NCBI GenBank assembly: GCA_041736175.1
Contig: JBGSUI010000028.1
Location: forward strand, 1-34,883
Reading direction: 5' to 3'
From: Oligoflexales bacterium
GTDB taxonomy: Bacteria; Bdellovibrionota_B; Oligoflexia; Oligoflexales; CAIYRB01
DNA length: 34,883 nucleotides
The position numbers were made by a program, and so were the translations under genes. This document shows, in pieces, positions 14,683-24,685 of the stretch. The notes under the pieces are model-generated. The model was not told where the DNA came from. It did no database searches and saw only the letters and a program-made list of their open reading frames with translations. Each line of letters opens with the position of its first letter. The first letter of the stretch is position 1.

Positions 14683-16329
14683 TCAAAGGGGCGATGTTTT
14701 AAATCGGTAATAGCGCAATCGGTAGCCTTGGTCTTCTACCTCGTAAGCACCCTCCATCACAAATTTTTCTTGGATTTCACGTAGGACTTCTTGGCTATCG
14801 ATATTGGGCATGTCGATAAAATAGAACTCCTCAATGTCTTCTTTTTTGAGTAGCGCTTCATGATCGATAAAGCGGGGCATAATACCAGTAGATGCCCATT
14901 CACGTGCATTGGTGTCACGATTGAGATATCCCGTGATAAAGAAAAAAGCCAGGGAATGATAAACTATCGTGGTCTCTTCCGATGGTTTGATTTTTGCGAA
15001 AATCTTATCTTGAAGACGCATCAATTCTATAAACTCAAGATTGTAAACCAATTGGTCTCGCCCATAGCCGCAGCAAGTTTTAGAAATAGAAGTCATATTT
15101 AGATTTTTATGATCTCCAAAAGAAAAAGTTCCCAATAGATATCGACTCAGTGGGTCTGCAGTCCGCTTCTGGCTGATAACAAGCACTCCTATAAATAGGG
15201 TCAAACAAAACACCATAGCGGATGGAGACACACGGAGGGCCTTGAGGCCAAGGACCGCTAGGAGAATGGTAAGCGGGATCATAGGCAAAAGATACCGGGG
15301 ATTGGCTACAGGAACCACACGGGTAAAGACATAAAACGAGACCAGATAAAGCAGGACGAGCTGCCAGGCCACGGGTCTTTGGGCCAACCAGACTTTCACA
15401 GATCGAATGCGACTCAATTCAAGTTTTTTTAACCGGCTTAGTATAAAATATAAACTACAAAAAACGATAAATCCAGTTGGAATCCACATAAAGCCAGCGA
15501 CGTAGACCTGTATCAAGACAGTGATGAGGTATGGATTAGTTAGATTTAGGGAATAAAGTGAGCGAAATCCTCCCATCACACGGGGATCACCGGAGTCAGC
15601 ACCATGAAATAAGGGTAAATCATAGTAGAAAACTCTAACGAGCACATAGTAAGCTAAAACGAAAAATGGAATCGTAAGAGGTAATAACTTCCGTATCAAA
15701 GCTTTTAAATGGGTGGTAACAGGCTCTGAACGATCCCCCAAAAGGAGGGAACCCTTGATCCCACAATAGGCCATGATATATAGCCCGTAGACAAGAATCA
15801 GTGGTTCCTTAGTAAAAATCATTCCCGTGCCCCATAGGGCGGCAAGCCAAAAGCGGTCTTTTAGAAGGGCCCAGGAAAAACCAAGAAGATAAGCAACGCT
15901 TCCAATCTCTGGGGTAAGATTCACAATGTTAGCGAGAAACACGGGGTTCATGGCAAACCCCAAGGTCACCAGTGAGCTTATCAAAGGGGTTCCATTGGAT
16001 CCCAGGATGACGCGAGCATTTTGATAGAAGTGGACGATGGCAAGGGTAGCAAACCCATAACCTACAATATGGTGACAGGTTAAAGGATCAAAAGGACTGT
16101 ATCTCACAAGAAGGCCAAGGGGCATAAAAAATGCCATATTAGGATGATTGGAACAGTTATAGGACATGATATCGAGGGTTTTTTGCAGGGTAGGCTCGAT
16201 GCAGAGAAACCAGTACCAAGCTGTGTCCCAAATGGGGACAAAGTCCCGATACCTCATAAGGATCCCTAAGCAAATAGCGACGACAGCCACCTGACCGAAA
16301 AAATGGGGGATGTTTACTTTTTTAAACAT
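14683..16329 (-). CDS. Multi-pass membrane protein, GT-C (ArnT/PMT-like) glycosyltransferase-like
   Basis: Many transmembrane segments; early IWDTAWY and HPN, then TKEP and PRYLLP. Start taken as ATG 16329 (RBS GAGG). Confidence 0.6.
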   Translation of the reverse strand: MFKKVNIPHFFGQVAVVAICLGILMRYRDFVPIWDTAWYWFLCIEPTLQKTLDIMSYNCSNHPNMAFFMPLGLLVRYSPFDPLTCHHIVGYGFATLAIVHFYQNARVILGSNGTPLISSLVTLGFAMNPVFLANIVNLTPEIGSVAYLLGFSWALLKDRFWLAALWGTGMIFTKEPLILVYGLYIMAYCGIKGSLLLGDRSEPVTTHLKALIRKLLPLTIPFFVLAYYVLVRVFYYDLPLFHGADSGDPRVMGGFRSLYSLNLTNPYLITVLIQVYVAGFMWIPTGFIVFCSLYFILSRLKKLELSRIRSVKVWLAQRPVAWQLVLLYLVSFYVFTRVVPVANPRYLLPMIPLTILLAVLGLKALRVSPSAMVFCLTLFIGVLVISQKRTADPLSRYLLGTFSFGDHKNLNMTSISKTCCGYGRDQLVYNLEFIELMRLQDKIFAKIKPSEETTIVYHSLAFFFITGYLNRDTNAREWASTGIMPRFIDHEALLKKEDIEEFYFIDMPNIDSQEVLREIQEKFVMEGAYEVEDQGYRLRYYRFKTSPL

Positions 16330-16531
16330 AAACTTACCTCTATCATTACCATCATCAAGCATGACCTATGGATTATCATCGGCAAATCATTGTGCAAACT
16401 CAAAATTAAGTCGTTGAACGGCTTATAAATTAGATTTCTAAAGTTATAAATATCCAAATCAGTGCCAACAAATTCAGAGTGGTAGAATGGATTTATTTGC
16501 CTTCATCCACCAAGCAAAAACCGTAAAAAGC

Positions 16532-17458
16532 CTAGGGTTCTCGCCGCAACACAGCAGAACATACCGTCCTTAATGGCAAAAAAGAAATCCCCGAGGAAAG
16601 AGCCGCCAGGATGCCTTTGGGGCTAAAAAGCTGCTGGGGAATCTTTTGAATCCATGTTTTATTTTGTGTCTTTGCGATCCCTACAAAACGGTAGAGTGTC
16701 GAGACTAGCTCGTCGATTCCGTAGTAGTTTATCTTTAGGATTTTGTACCCTGCTGCATGGGCTATTTTTTGGAGAGACTCTCTAGAAAAATGGCTTATAT
16801 GTCGTGGCGGATCCCAATAAAACCAAGATTGAGGAAACATCCTTGCCCCTAGAGCATCGAGGTTTGGCACCACTAGGTACAGGAGTGAAATGTGTTCGGC
16901 ATGCAGCCTCTCCAGTACCCTTAAAGGGTCATGAAGGTGCTCTAAAACATGGCGCATCACGACGGCTTGGGGGCGTTGTCCGTCAACTGTCAAAAACGGT
17001 TTAGGATTTGGATCTACAAAATCAATCATCTTATAGGGGATATTCGTAGATCTCCACTGGGTCTCCGGGTAAAAATCTCTTGCTTCTGCATGATAACCTC
17101 GGTCCCGCAAATACCGAACCATGGCGCCATCACCCGCACCAATATCCAGGACTGCTGCTTGCGACCCTAGGTGTCCCATAAAATGTCTGAGCTCGATAGA
17201 AAACAATGTTCTTTGTAAAAAGGCGACGATGGGATGAGGCGTCTGGTGCATGAGCCCACCGGCCTCGTTGCTATAGTATTTGCTAATTTCTCCCACGGAA
17301 GGGGGAGACCGCAAAAAAACAAAATTGCATGGTTCACACCGAACCCTCTCAAAGATCTCACCAGATATGTGATCCACAAGGCTTGGAGCCACGGGAGTCA
17401 AAAGGGAATCGAGACCACAAATGGAGCACTGTTGACTTTGGTTTAGTTTTGGAATCAT
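16532..17458 (-). CDS. Class I SAM-dependent methyltransferase with an N-terminal Zn-ribbon
   Basis: CSICG...CEPCN, VLDIGAGDG, HVLEHL, VPN, DPPRH. ATGA overlap with the upstream GT9 stop. Confidence 0.85.
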   Translation of the reverse strand: MIPKLNQSQQCSICGLDSLLTPVAPSLVDHISGEIFERVRCEPCNFVFLRSPPSVGEISKYYSNEAGGLMHQTPHPIVAFLQRTLFSIELRHFMGHLGSQAAVLDIGAGDGAMVRYLRDRGYHAEARDFYPETQWRSTNIPYKMIDFVDPNPKPFLTVDGQRPQAVVMRHVLEHLHDPLRVLERLHAEHISLLYLVVPNLDALGARMFPQSWFYWDPPRHISHFSRESLQKIAHAAGYKILKINYYGIDELVSTLYRFVGIAKTQNKTWIQKIPQQLFSPKGILAALSSGISFLPLRTVCSAVLRREP

Positions 17459-18498
17459 GTAGCCTCTTGAATCATCTTGTCTAATCCTTCGCGACATTGC
17501 CAGCCTACGTTACAGGGTGGAACCTGCCCAAAGAGACTGCATGGTTGGCATGATAGGTGCCTATGACGAAGCAGTTTGCTACCAAATCCCAAGGGACTCC
17601 ACTTTAGGTCTCTGCTACTCGTAAACAGAGCCGTCGTCGGCACACCATAAAACGATGCAACATGGACGAGACCCCCATCAATCGTTAAAAAGCGATCGGC
17701 CTTGGAAATTAAATCGCAAACACCCCTAAAATTTTTGGCTTCGAACGTCCACAGACTAGACTGGCATTCAGCCAACTTCCTGGCAAAGTCCCAGTCCACG
17801 GGGGCTGCAACGATCCTGACCGCTCCGCCCCCTGCCCACGGGGCGATTAATTTTGCCCACTGTTCAAGGGATATTTGCCTTGATGGTGCACCCTGCAATC
17901 CTGCGATACCGACTACGAGCCGATGAGGTTCGTGGGCCTGTTTGCGCGGTCGCATCCCATCAGGACGGGAATCCCCGAGATTTTTTGTGCCTTCTGCGAT
18001 ACTATCACCAATTAGGTTTTTAAAACTGTTGACTTCGTGGGTTGATAGGGGGTCATAAGAAGTTTTTTTGTCAAAAAATTGAGCTGCTCGGTTGGTTGAA
18101 AAACCAAAGATCTTGCATCTAGAAGAGCCTAATAAGATCGCAATACTTGCTGCTAAACCAAAAAACTGCTCCGTCACAACTATTTTGTGATATTTTCCGG
18201 CTAATTTTAGCAAGTTCCTAAAATCGTCGACGAGGTGGTATGTTAGACCGAGATGATCGGCCCATGGTTTCGCACGGGTCTCAATAAGAAATTCAAAGTC
18301 CTTCTGGTAGTCAATCCCCATCTCCTCACAGGCGATCGTAAAACAGACAAGGTCCCCCATCCCCCCCGGTCTTACAACCAGTGGCAAGCTTTTAGGGGCC
18401 TTTTGAAAGGGGAGTCGGAGAATGAAACTACAAAGAGCAACCGGTAAATAGGCGATGCGGTCTAGAGATTTGAGAAAATCCAATTTCATTATCTTCAC
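17455..18498 (-). CDS. Glycosyltransferase family 9 (heptosyltransferase-like)
   Basis: RPGGMGDLV, TIDGGLVHVASFYGVPTTALF, CQPC. Confidence 0.85.
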   Translation of the reverse strand: MKIMKLDFLKSLDRIAYLPVALCSFILRLPFQKAPKSLPLVVRPGGMGDLVCFTIACEEMGIDYQKDFEFLIETRAKPWADHLGLTYHLVDDFRNLLKLAGKYHKIVVTEQFFGLAASIAILLGSSRCKIFGFSTNRAAQFFDKKTSYDPLSTHEVNSFKNLIGDSIAEGTKNLGDSRPDGMRPRKQAHEPHRLVVGIAGLQGAPSRQISLEQWAKLIAPWAGGGAVRIVAAPVDWDFARKLAECQSSLWTFEAKNFRGVCDLISKADRFLTIDGGLVHVASFYGVPTTALFTSSRDLKWSPLGFGSKLLRHRHLSCQPCSLFGQVPPCNVGWQCREGLDKMIQEAT

Positions 18499-18500
18499 TA

Positions 18501-20006
18501 TTACTTTGATAGAAAAAGTAGCAAACCAACTATAAATCCTAATATATAGCTAGCGCTGTCCTTCAATGCAAACACGACAGGATCATGCTGCAACGTCCCT
18601 CTGTGGGCGAATAGCCATATTCTTGCTAACCAATAGAAAACAATTGCTATAACCGGCCAAAGGATCGTCGTATTAGAATAGATGCGTGTTCCTTGTTCGC
18701 TATGAATATAAAATGCCAAGATAGACACAGCCATAACTCCGCTTCCGACTCCTAACATAGACAACACCTGAAGATCACTTTTTTGATAGCCCCTTCCTGG
18801 AGTCAATAACTTTCCATCTTTGACGTTTTTATCCAATTCGGCAAATCTCTTAGCAAAAGCAAGGCTTAAAAAAAAGAACAAGGTAAAAGCCGTTAGCCAG
18901 TAGGAAATCTGAATACCCATACTGACACCCCCACAGACCACTCGCAGCACATAGAAACCTGAAAGCAAGAAGACATCGGCTAACGCCCATCGCTTTAATT
19001 CTACCGTATAAAGGCCTGTGAGTGCCAGGTAGAGCGCTAAAAGGTAACCTAAAATGGGATGGCTGGCAGCGGCGATCCCGAGACCTATTGCCGTCATAAG
19101 TATCGCGCTTTTGACCGCAGCACCTGCAGTGAGGTCTCCTGCAGCGAGAGGACGAAATTTCTTTTCTGAATGTTTTCGATCATCAAATACATCGATGGTA
19201 TCGTTGATCAAGTAGACTCCACTGGAGCAAAATGAAAAAGCCGCAAATGCGGCTAAGCCATTTTTAAGGTATTCCAGCGAATAAAATCCGTGGGACGTAA
19301 TGAGCGGAACAAAAACCAGGGTGTTTTTGCTCCATTGGTGCACCCTGATGCTTTTAAATAACGCCTTTAAGGTGTTGAATGGGGCTAGTTCAACAGTTAC
19401 AAAATCGATTTTTTCATTTTTTAGTTTTCTCTTAAGACTTGATGTTGGATGGACAACAATTGCCCTCTCGGACTGCTTCCATATTGGTAAATCCTTGGCA
19501 CTATCCCCAATGTAGGTGAACTTTCCTGTTCCTATTTTATTTTTGATCGCCGATAATTTGGCATTGCCAACCAGATTCACAGATCCATCTGAGGAGATAA
19601 ACTCGTCAAAAACACCATATTGTTCAAACACCTTTTTTGCTATTTTGCGATCAGCGCCCGTGGCCAACAGCACTTTAAACCCTTTTTGCCGTTCTTCTTC
19701 AATGAGATTTAAAACATGAAGATTCAATGGAAATCTCAAATCTTCTGGATCGATCGCCTCGGCCACGGATCTCTTAAACCAGGCGATCCCTTTCCTTAGC
19801 ACTAAAAGGAGCTTTAAAGTCGACCATGGGTTGGTCTTAAACAAATAGATGTAACATTCTACAAGTGAATCAACTTTGATAAACGAAAAGTCTAAGTCAA
19901 CAACCAGCCAATCCGTGACGTCAGGATGGACTAAAGGTGTTAAATCTACATCTTCTTGAGCGTTATTGCTGATTTTTGTGAGCTCCGATAGGAATTGGAA
20001 AGACAC
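18501..20006 (-). CDS. HAD-fused UbiA prenyltransferase (polyprenyl-phosphate phosphoribosyltransferase-like)
   Basis: N-terminal HAD motifs VDLD, ATGA, YIGDSAKD; UbiA motifs IRVHQWSKN, YLINDTIDVFDDRKHSEKKFRPLAAG, KRFAE, HDPVVFALKD. Confidence 0.9.
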   Translation of the reverse strand: MSFQFLSELTKISNNAQEDVDLTPLVHPDVTDWLVVDLDFSFIKVDSLVECYIYLFKTNPWSTLKLLLVLRKGIAWFKRSVAEAIDPEDLRFPLNLHVLNLIEEERQKGFKVLLATGADRKIAKKVFEQYGVFDEFISSDGSVNLVGNAKLSAIKNKIGTGKFTYIGDSAKDLPIWKQSERAIVVHPTSSLKRKLKNEKIDFVTVELAPFNTLKALFKSIRVHQWSKNTLVFVPLITSHGFYSLEYLKNGLAAFAAFSFCSSGVYLINDTIDVFDDRKHSEKKFRPLAAGDLTAGAAVKSAILMTAIGLGIAAASHPILGYLLALYLALTGLYTVELKRWALADVFLLSGFYVLRVVCGGVSMGIQISYWLTAFTLFFFLSLAFAKRFAELDKNVKDGKLLTPGRGYQKSDLQVLSMLGVGSGVMAVSILAFYIHSEQGTRIYSNTTILWPVIAIVFYWLARIWLFAHRGTLQHDPVVFALKDSASYILGFIVGLLLFLSK

Positions 20007-20159
20007 ATGGCTGATCTCTAACGTACATCGGCAGAATTTTAGATCTCATAACGATTGTGCAAAAGAGCGAGGGTGGGTGTCGGTAGAAACAGGCGAGTAT
20101 TTATGATAAGATACCACTATAGGCTCCCATTTCAATCCCGTCTTCCGGAGATATTTCTC

Positions 20160-21617
20160 ATGAAGCCCTATAGGCGAGTGAAGACGGTCCTAAAATCCGA
20201 TCCATTGATTGCGGTGGTGATTTTTATTGGTTGCCTCTTGTGGTTTTGGAGCTTCACTCAAGGGATGTCTTTAGGCAGCCGGCTGACAGGAGAAGAAGTC
20301 TCTGCCAGTATCCGCGATCCCTTATTTTTGTCTTTAAGGACTCAACACAACTGCTATGCCACCAATGTTGGTGCTCATCTCTTGTACCTGTTTGCCCTAG
20401 AGTGGATTCCGGGTAAAGGTCTGTTTTGGACTCGCTTCTTTAAAAGTATCGTCTTGGCTGGCGGTCCACCGTTACTGTATGTCATATCCCGCCAGATGTT
20501 ACTTCTAAACACGTTTTCTAGCATGATCGTGGCAGTGAGCTTCGCGACGCTGCCGGGATACTTGGCTTGGGTGTGGCTTGCTACCGAATTCGGCATCGAT
20601 GTGGTTTTCGGTCTTGCAGGCCTCTACTTGGCCACCAAACCACAACTCTACCTACGCCTCGGATCCTGGGTTTTCATAGGGGCTTCGATGCTGATTTATG
20701 GAGGGGGATTGACGTTTGCCTTTGGTATGGTCATCTTCATGTTAGCAGACTTTTTCCACAGGTTACCCCACCAAGAGTCGAAATCTAGGTTTGTAAGTCG
20801 CAAGCTTGGTGAATGGACCGTGGGAGCTTCACTTTGTGGCAGCCTGCTAGCCCTTGGAATATCGCTTTACCAGAATAGCCAACGGGCGATGCGGGGCGGT
20901 GGGATGATCGACTTCGGGGGCGGTGCCTGGTCTCGGTATGGGGATCGCCTGATGGAGCTCGTCCGGGATCTGATCAGCTTTCACCAGCATAGCTATTATT
21001 TTTTTAGCACCTTACCAGCCCTTGGCTATCCCGTCCTTAGCGCGGTTGCAGCCCTAGGTTTAGCAGCTTTTTTCCTTAGTGGCAGACTCTCACCCGTGCG
21101 TTGGCTTTGGGGCGCGATCGCCATTGGTGCCCTAGGAATTACGACCGTTGTGGGAGGTGTCCCTGGCTACCGACGGGTGGTGGTCCTCGCTGCCGTGCAT
21201 GCTTTGGGGCTGGGTCTTTTTTCGGAGAACCTACGCGGTACAGTGAGCTTTGGACCCTTTCAAACAAATGCTGGCTCCCTGGTCCGATGGATGTTACTCA
21301 TGATGGCCCTTGTGACCGGCATAGTCGCCTGGAGAGATCAAGATGATGTTAAAAACGATTTACCAATTGATTATTATTTTCCCGATGATTTTTGGAACCA
21401 AAAGGATGGGGAGCAAAACCTCAAAAATGAGCCACACCCAGCGTCGCTGACCCGTCCTGATGCTATGCGTTACCTTTCACTTATGGCGGCCTACAAGTGG
21501 CGCCACCTGGATGGTCTGTCAAGCCAGGAACGGGAAGGAGAAAAACAAAAACTTCTCCAGAGTCTAAAGGACTACTATACAACCAATGACAAGGAGCGTT
21601 ATATCGAATGTCCCTAG
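20160..21617 (+). CDS. Multi-pass membrane protein, possibly GT-C-like
   Basis: Many hydrophobic segments, acidic early loop (GEE), divergent from the ubiA cluster. Start uncertain; ATG 20160 has RBS GGAG. Confidence 0.5.
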   Translation: MKPYRRVKTVLKSDPLIAVVIFIGCLLWFWSFTQGMSLGSRLTGEEVSASIRDPLFLSLRTQHNCYATNVGAHLLYLFALEWIPGKGLFWTRFFKSIVLAGGPPLLYVISRQMLLLNTFSSMIVAVSFATLPGYLAWVWLATEFGIDVVFGLAGLYLATKPQLYLRLGSWVFIGASMLIYGGGLTFAFGMVIFMLADFFHRLPHQESKSRFVSRKLGEWTVGASLCGSLLALGISLYQNSQRAMRGGGMIDFGGGAWSRYGDRLMELVRDLISFHQHSYYFFSTLPALGYPVLSAVAALGLAAFFLSGRLSPVRWLWGAIAIGALGITTVVGGVPGYRRVVVLAAVHALGLGLFSENLRGTVSFGPFQTNAGSLVRWMLLMMALVTGIVAWRDQDDVKNDLPIDYYFPDDFWNQKDGEQNLKNEPHPASLTRPDAMRYLSLMAAYKWRHLDGLSSQEREGEKQKLLQSLKDYYTTNDKERYIECP

Positions 21618-21773
21618 TGGTCATAGTCTAGACAGTCTCACCACTAACTTCTGTCAAGAAAGTGACTAAAGCCCTATAGCAAAGGTAAAGGCTACTTTGA
21701 GCGTATTAGGTGAGTCGACCACTGAATTGATCTTTGCTAGATTTCACTTGAAAAAATTAGCTGAAATTGCTGG

Positions 21774-22120
21774 CTAAATTAGCGAGTTGCTAGCACCTTC
21801 TACAATTTTGACTTCCTGACCCTTAAACACGATGGCCAACTTTTTTATCCTCTTGACCCCCCGCCGTTTAAGCTCGGTCTCATACTGGCGATCTTCGATT
21901 TGTTTAAGGGCTGTCCCAGCTGCCGTCTCAAAATCCACATCAAAATCTGCATCAAAAGCTTTAAACTCTATGATATACCCTATCCCTTCAACTGATTTAG
22001 GTGCCACCATCACATCATAACGACCATAGCCGCTTTGTTTATTGGAATCGATTAAATATCGGCTACGAAGCTGCATCAACATCCCGAGAAAAAAAGCATG
22101 ATAAAAACTTTCCGCTTGGT
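21774..22120 (-). pseudogene. C-terminal PD-(D/E)XK nuclease remnant of an AAA-ATPase-like/PDDEXK_9-type gene
   Basis: ESFYHAFFLG...SNKQSGYGRYDV...IIEFK...ALKQIEDRQY; the N-terminal ATPase part is missing. Upstream boundary approximate. Confidence 0.8.
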
Positions 22121-23573
22121 ATGGACTCTTATCAATAGAAAATCCATTCCTATCTAAATATAGCACTGATCCTCAATTGGCGATACGGCAGAAATCAAGT
22201 TTTAGTGCAGATAATCTCATTCATACTATACTTCATTTATCAGCATCGCCATACGGAGCAGATATTAGCCTCGAAAAGGTCTTCAAAGACACAGAAGAAG
22301 TCCCCTTTAGGTCTTCACTTTCCAAAGCTCGAGATAGGATAAGCAGCGGCTTTTTTGAGGATCAATTAAAAGGCGTCACCAATTTTCTTGAGGAAAATAG
22401 GCCCACCTACGGTAATCTTGGTATTTATGCGATTGATGGCCATCAACTCACTCTGCCACTTACTAAAGATCTCTATGAAAAGGGTTACAGTGGGCGAAAA
22501 CTCGAAAATGATATGGAAAGTCATACCCTAAAGGCCTACGTCGGGCATTGCTGTAATGTTATCTCCCAAACAACAGTGAGTGTTACATTTAATTCGACAT
22601 TAAATGAACACCGAGATCGTTCGGTACTTTTAGCTTCAGTGCCTGAAAGTTCCCTCGTGATATACGACCGACTTTATTTAAGTCAAGACCTTGTTTCAGA
22701 CCATATTAGATGTAAAAAAGTCTATTTTTTGGCTCGATGCAGAACTAATTCATCCAAAGAAATTGCTGATTTTTTCAAGAGCGGAAAAGAAAAACAAACG
22801 ACTCAAACATTAGGGACCACATTAACTCTTGTAAGGATTAAGCATCCACTTTCGCAAGATGAGAGCGTAATGGCCACGAATTTACCTCAATCATGGCTAG
22901 AAACTAATCATATCGCCAACCTCTACCAAATGAGGTGGGAATCAGAGACTTTTCAAAAGGATTTCATTATCACTGCCCATGGAAAAATTTGGCACTCTCG
23001 GTCCGAAAATGGAATTCTTCAAGAGTTTTTCTCAAAGCTTTGGCTTCTTAATGCAACAAGAGCACTTATGCATTTATGTGGCGAAAAATTAAAAGACATA
23101 AATGATAGAGGTTATTTAAAATCAAATTTTAGGCTCTGTTTTCATACTTTAATCAGTGGCTTAAAAAAGTGGATGGAATCTCCTACAAATTTAATGATCC
23201 GATTGATTCGAGCAATCAAGCGCACGAGAGAAAAGCGCCGCAAAAACAGCCGAAGTTATAAGAGAGAGCTAAAGTCTCCGGGAAGTAAATATGCTTACAA
23301 TAACACTGTACCAACAGTAAACAGACCTCCACCAAAGAGATAGAAAACTATGCCAATATTTTAGCATCTCAAGACCTAAAAAATTTAAAGGTCTCTTGGG
23401 AAACTTTTGGTCAAAACAAAAATCTTTAAAGTTTGAGTGGTTACGTTGTCAAAAAAACGGACACCCTGCCAAAACATTTTTAAGAAACCTATAAAAACAC
23501 CAAAAATAAATTTATAATGCACCAAAATTATGGAACTATTTTTTTAGCATTCAAAATTAAGGCCCCGGCATTG
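22120..23573 (+). mobile_element. Partial IS4-family element with only a right end
   Basis: The right end TTAAGGCCCCGGCATTG (to 23573) reads CAATGCCGGGGCCTTAA on the minus strand, like IS4-type termini. No left IR seen. Confidence 0.65.
22177..23343 (+). CDS. IS4-family DDE transposase, probably 5'-truncated
   Basis: YAIDG, IYDRLY, YQMRWESE (Y-2-R-3-E). The frame stays open upstream to about 22105 with no proper start or RBS. Confidence 0.85.
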   Translation: MAIRQKSSFSADNLIHTILHLSASPYGADISLEKVFKDTEEVPFRSSLSKARDRISSGFFEDQLKGVTNFLEENRPTYGNLGIYAIDGHQLTLPLTKDLYEKGYSGRKLENDMESHTLKAYVGHCCNVISQTTVSVTFNSTLNEHRDRSVLLASVPESSLVIYDRLYLSQDLVSDHIRCKKVYFLARCRTNSSKEIADFFKSGKEKQTTQTLGTTLTLVRIKHPLSQDESVMATNLPQSWLETNHIANLYQMRWESETFQKDFIITAHGKIWHSRSENGILQEFFSKLWLLNATRALMHLCGEKLKDINDRGYLKSNFRLCFHTLISGLKKWMESPTNLMIRLIRAIKRTREKRRKNSRSYKRELKSPGSKYAYNNTVPTVNRPPPKR

Positions 23574-23720
23574 GATCAAGCCCCTGCTCAAATATTGATC
23601 GCTGGCAAACAAACATTTGACAATCCTCGACATCCCCTAGACCCCCCCCCTACGGGCAGAAGCATCTCATTTAGTTATCCTTTGCGACTCATGCCCAAAC
23701 CATGTCAGGGGGTCCTTTAA

Positions 23721-23737
23721 TTGGTGTGAATCTTGCT
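23721..23737 (+). promoter_or_regulatory. Putative sigma54 promoter of the protease pair
   Basis: TTGGTGTGAATCTTGCT, GG-N10-GC with TTGC. Confidence 0.55.
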
Positions 23738-23791
23738 GCATAAAACATGAACTTCAATTCAATTTAGATCAATCAAATTTAGAGGAATCTT

Positions 23792-24664
23792 ATGACAAGC
23801 AAGAAAACCTATTTATTTTTATATGGTGTATTCTCGATATTTTCTTTTGGATGTAAACAAAAATCTTTAGACTCTGAGGCTAAAATCGTCGGCGGTGTTG
23901 AAGATGACCTCATCCATCCCGAAGTCGTTGCGTTAGAGTCTCTTCTGGAAAACGGTAAAGCGGGTCGATGCACAGGCACCATCGTACGAGATGATTTAAT
24001 CCTTACGGCAGCCCACTGCGTTGTGAATGATATGCCACTAAAGAGCATCCTAGCAACGCCTTACCTGAGCCATGGAGCAGAGCAAGCGCTGAGCCTAGGT
24101 AAACAGGCCAGCCAATATCTTTTTCTTCCTAGTTACGATCCTAAATTGGACTATAAGGAGAGAATACCCAGAGATTTAGCATTTGTAATATTTCCTAAAG
24201 GAACCTTTGCGGGTCGACCTATGGGTCAATTTGCCCCAGAGGACCCCCTATTGGGAGATATGGTCCGGCTGGTGGGATATGGACGTACAAATGCCGCTGA
24301 CCCCGATTCTAACCCCATGTCTAAACGTCATACGGGGACAGCAACTGTGTCATTGATAAATCCCGGCATCATCATATTCGCAACGGAGCAAGTCGGGCTG
24401 ACGACCGTTTCAGTTGCTCAGGGTGACTCTGGAGGTGCCCTTTTTAATGCTGCCGGCCAAGTGGTTGGAGTGGCGTCTGAAGGGACAACTGACACTGGTA
24501 ACAATTCGATTTCTAAAGACAACCAATATTATGCTGTCTATGCTAGCGTGAACGCTCCTCTTGCGAACGAGTTTATTCGCAGCGTCCTAGCTACAGAAAA
24601 TGTTGAAGGCATTAAATTGGGGCAGTCTCCCGTCACTTCCGACGATGATTCGTCTATAAAATAG
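23792..24664 (+). CDS. Trypsin-like S1 serine protease lipoprotein
   Basis: Lipobox FSFGC, IVGG, CTGT, LTAAHC, DLA, GDSGG. Confidence 0.92.
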   Translation: MTSKKTYLFLYGVFSIFSFGCKQKSLDSEAKIVGGVEDDLIHPEVVALESLLENGKAGRCTGTIVRDDLILTAAHCVVNDMPLKSILATPYLSHGAEQALSLGKQASQYLFLPSYDPKLDYKERIPRDLAFVIFPKGTFAGRPMGQFAPEDPLLGDMVRLVGYGRTNAADPDSNPMSKRHTGTATVSLINPGIIIFATEQVGLTTVSVAQGDSGGALFNAAGQVVGVASEGTTDTGNNSISKDNQYYAVYASVNAPLANEFIRSVLATENVEGIKLGQSPVTSDDDSSIK

Positions 24665-24685
24665 CCAAACTAAAGGTAAGGAACG

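Noticed and set aside
663..22120. ATPase stub (663-782) and PD-(D/E)XK remnant (21774-22120) as halves of one split gene
   Set aside because: They resemble different ATPase-nuclease families, and their order on the minus strand is wrong.
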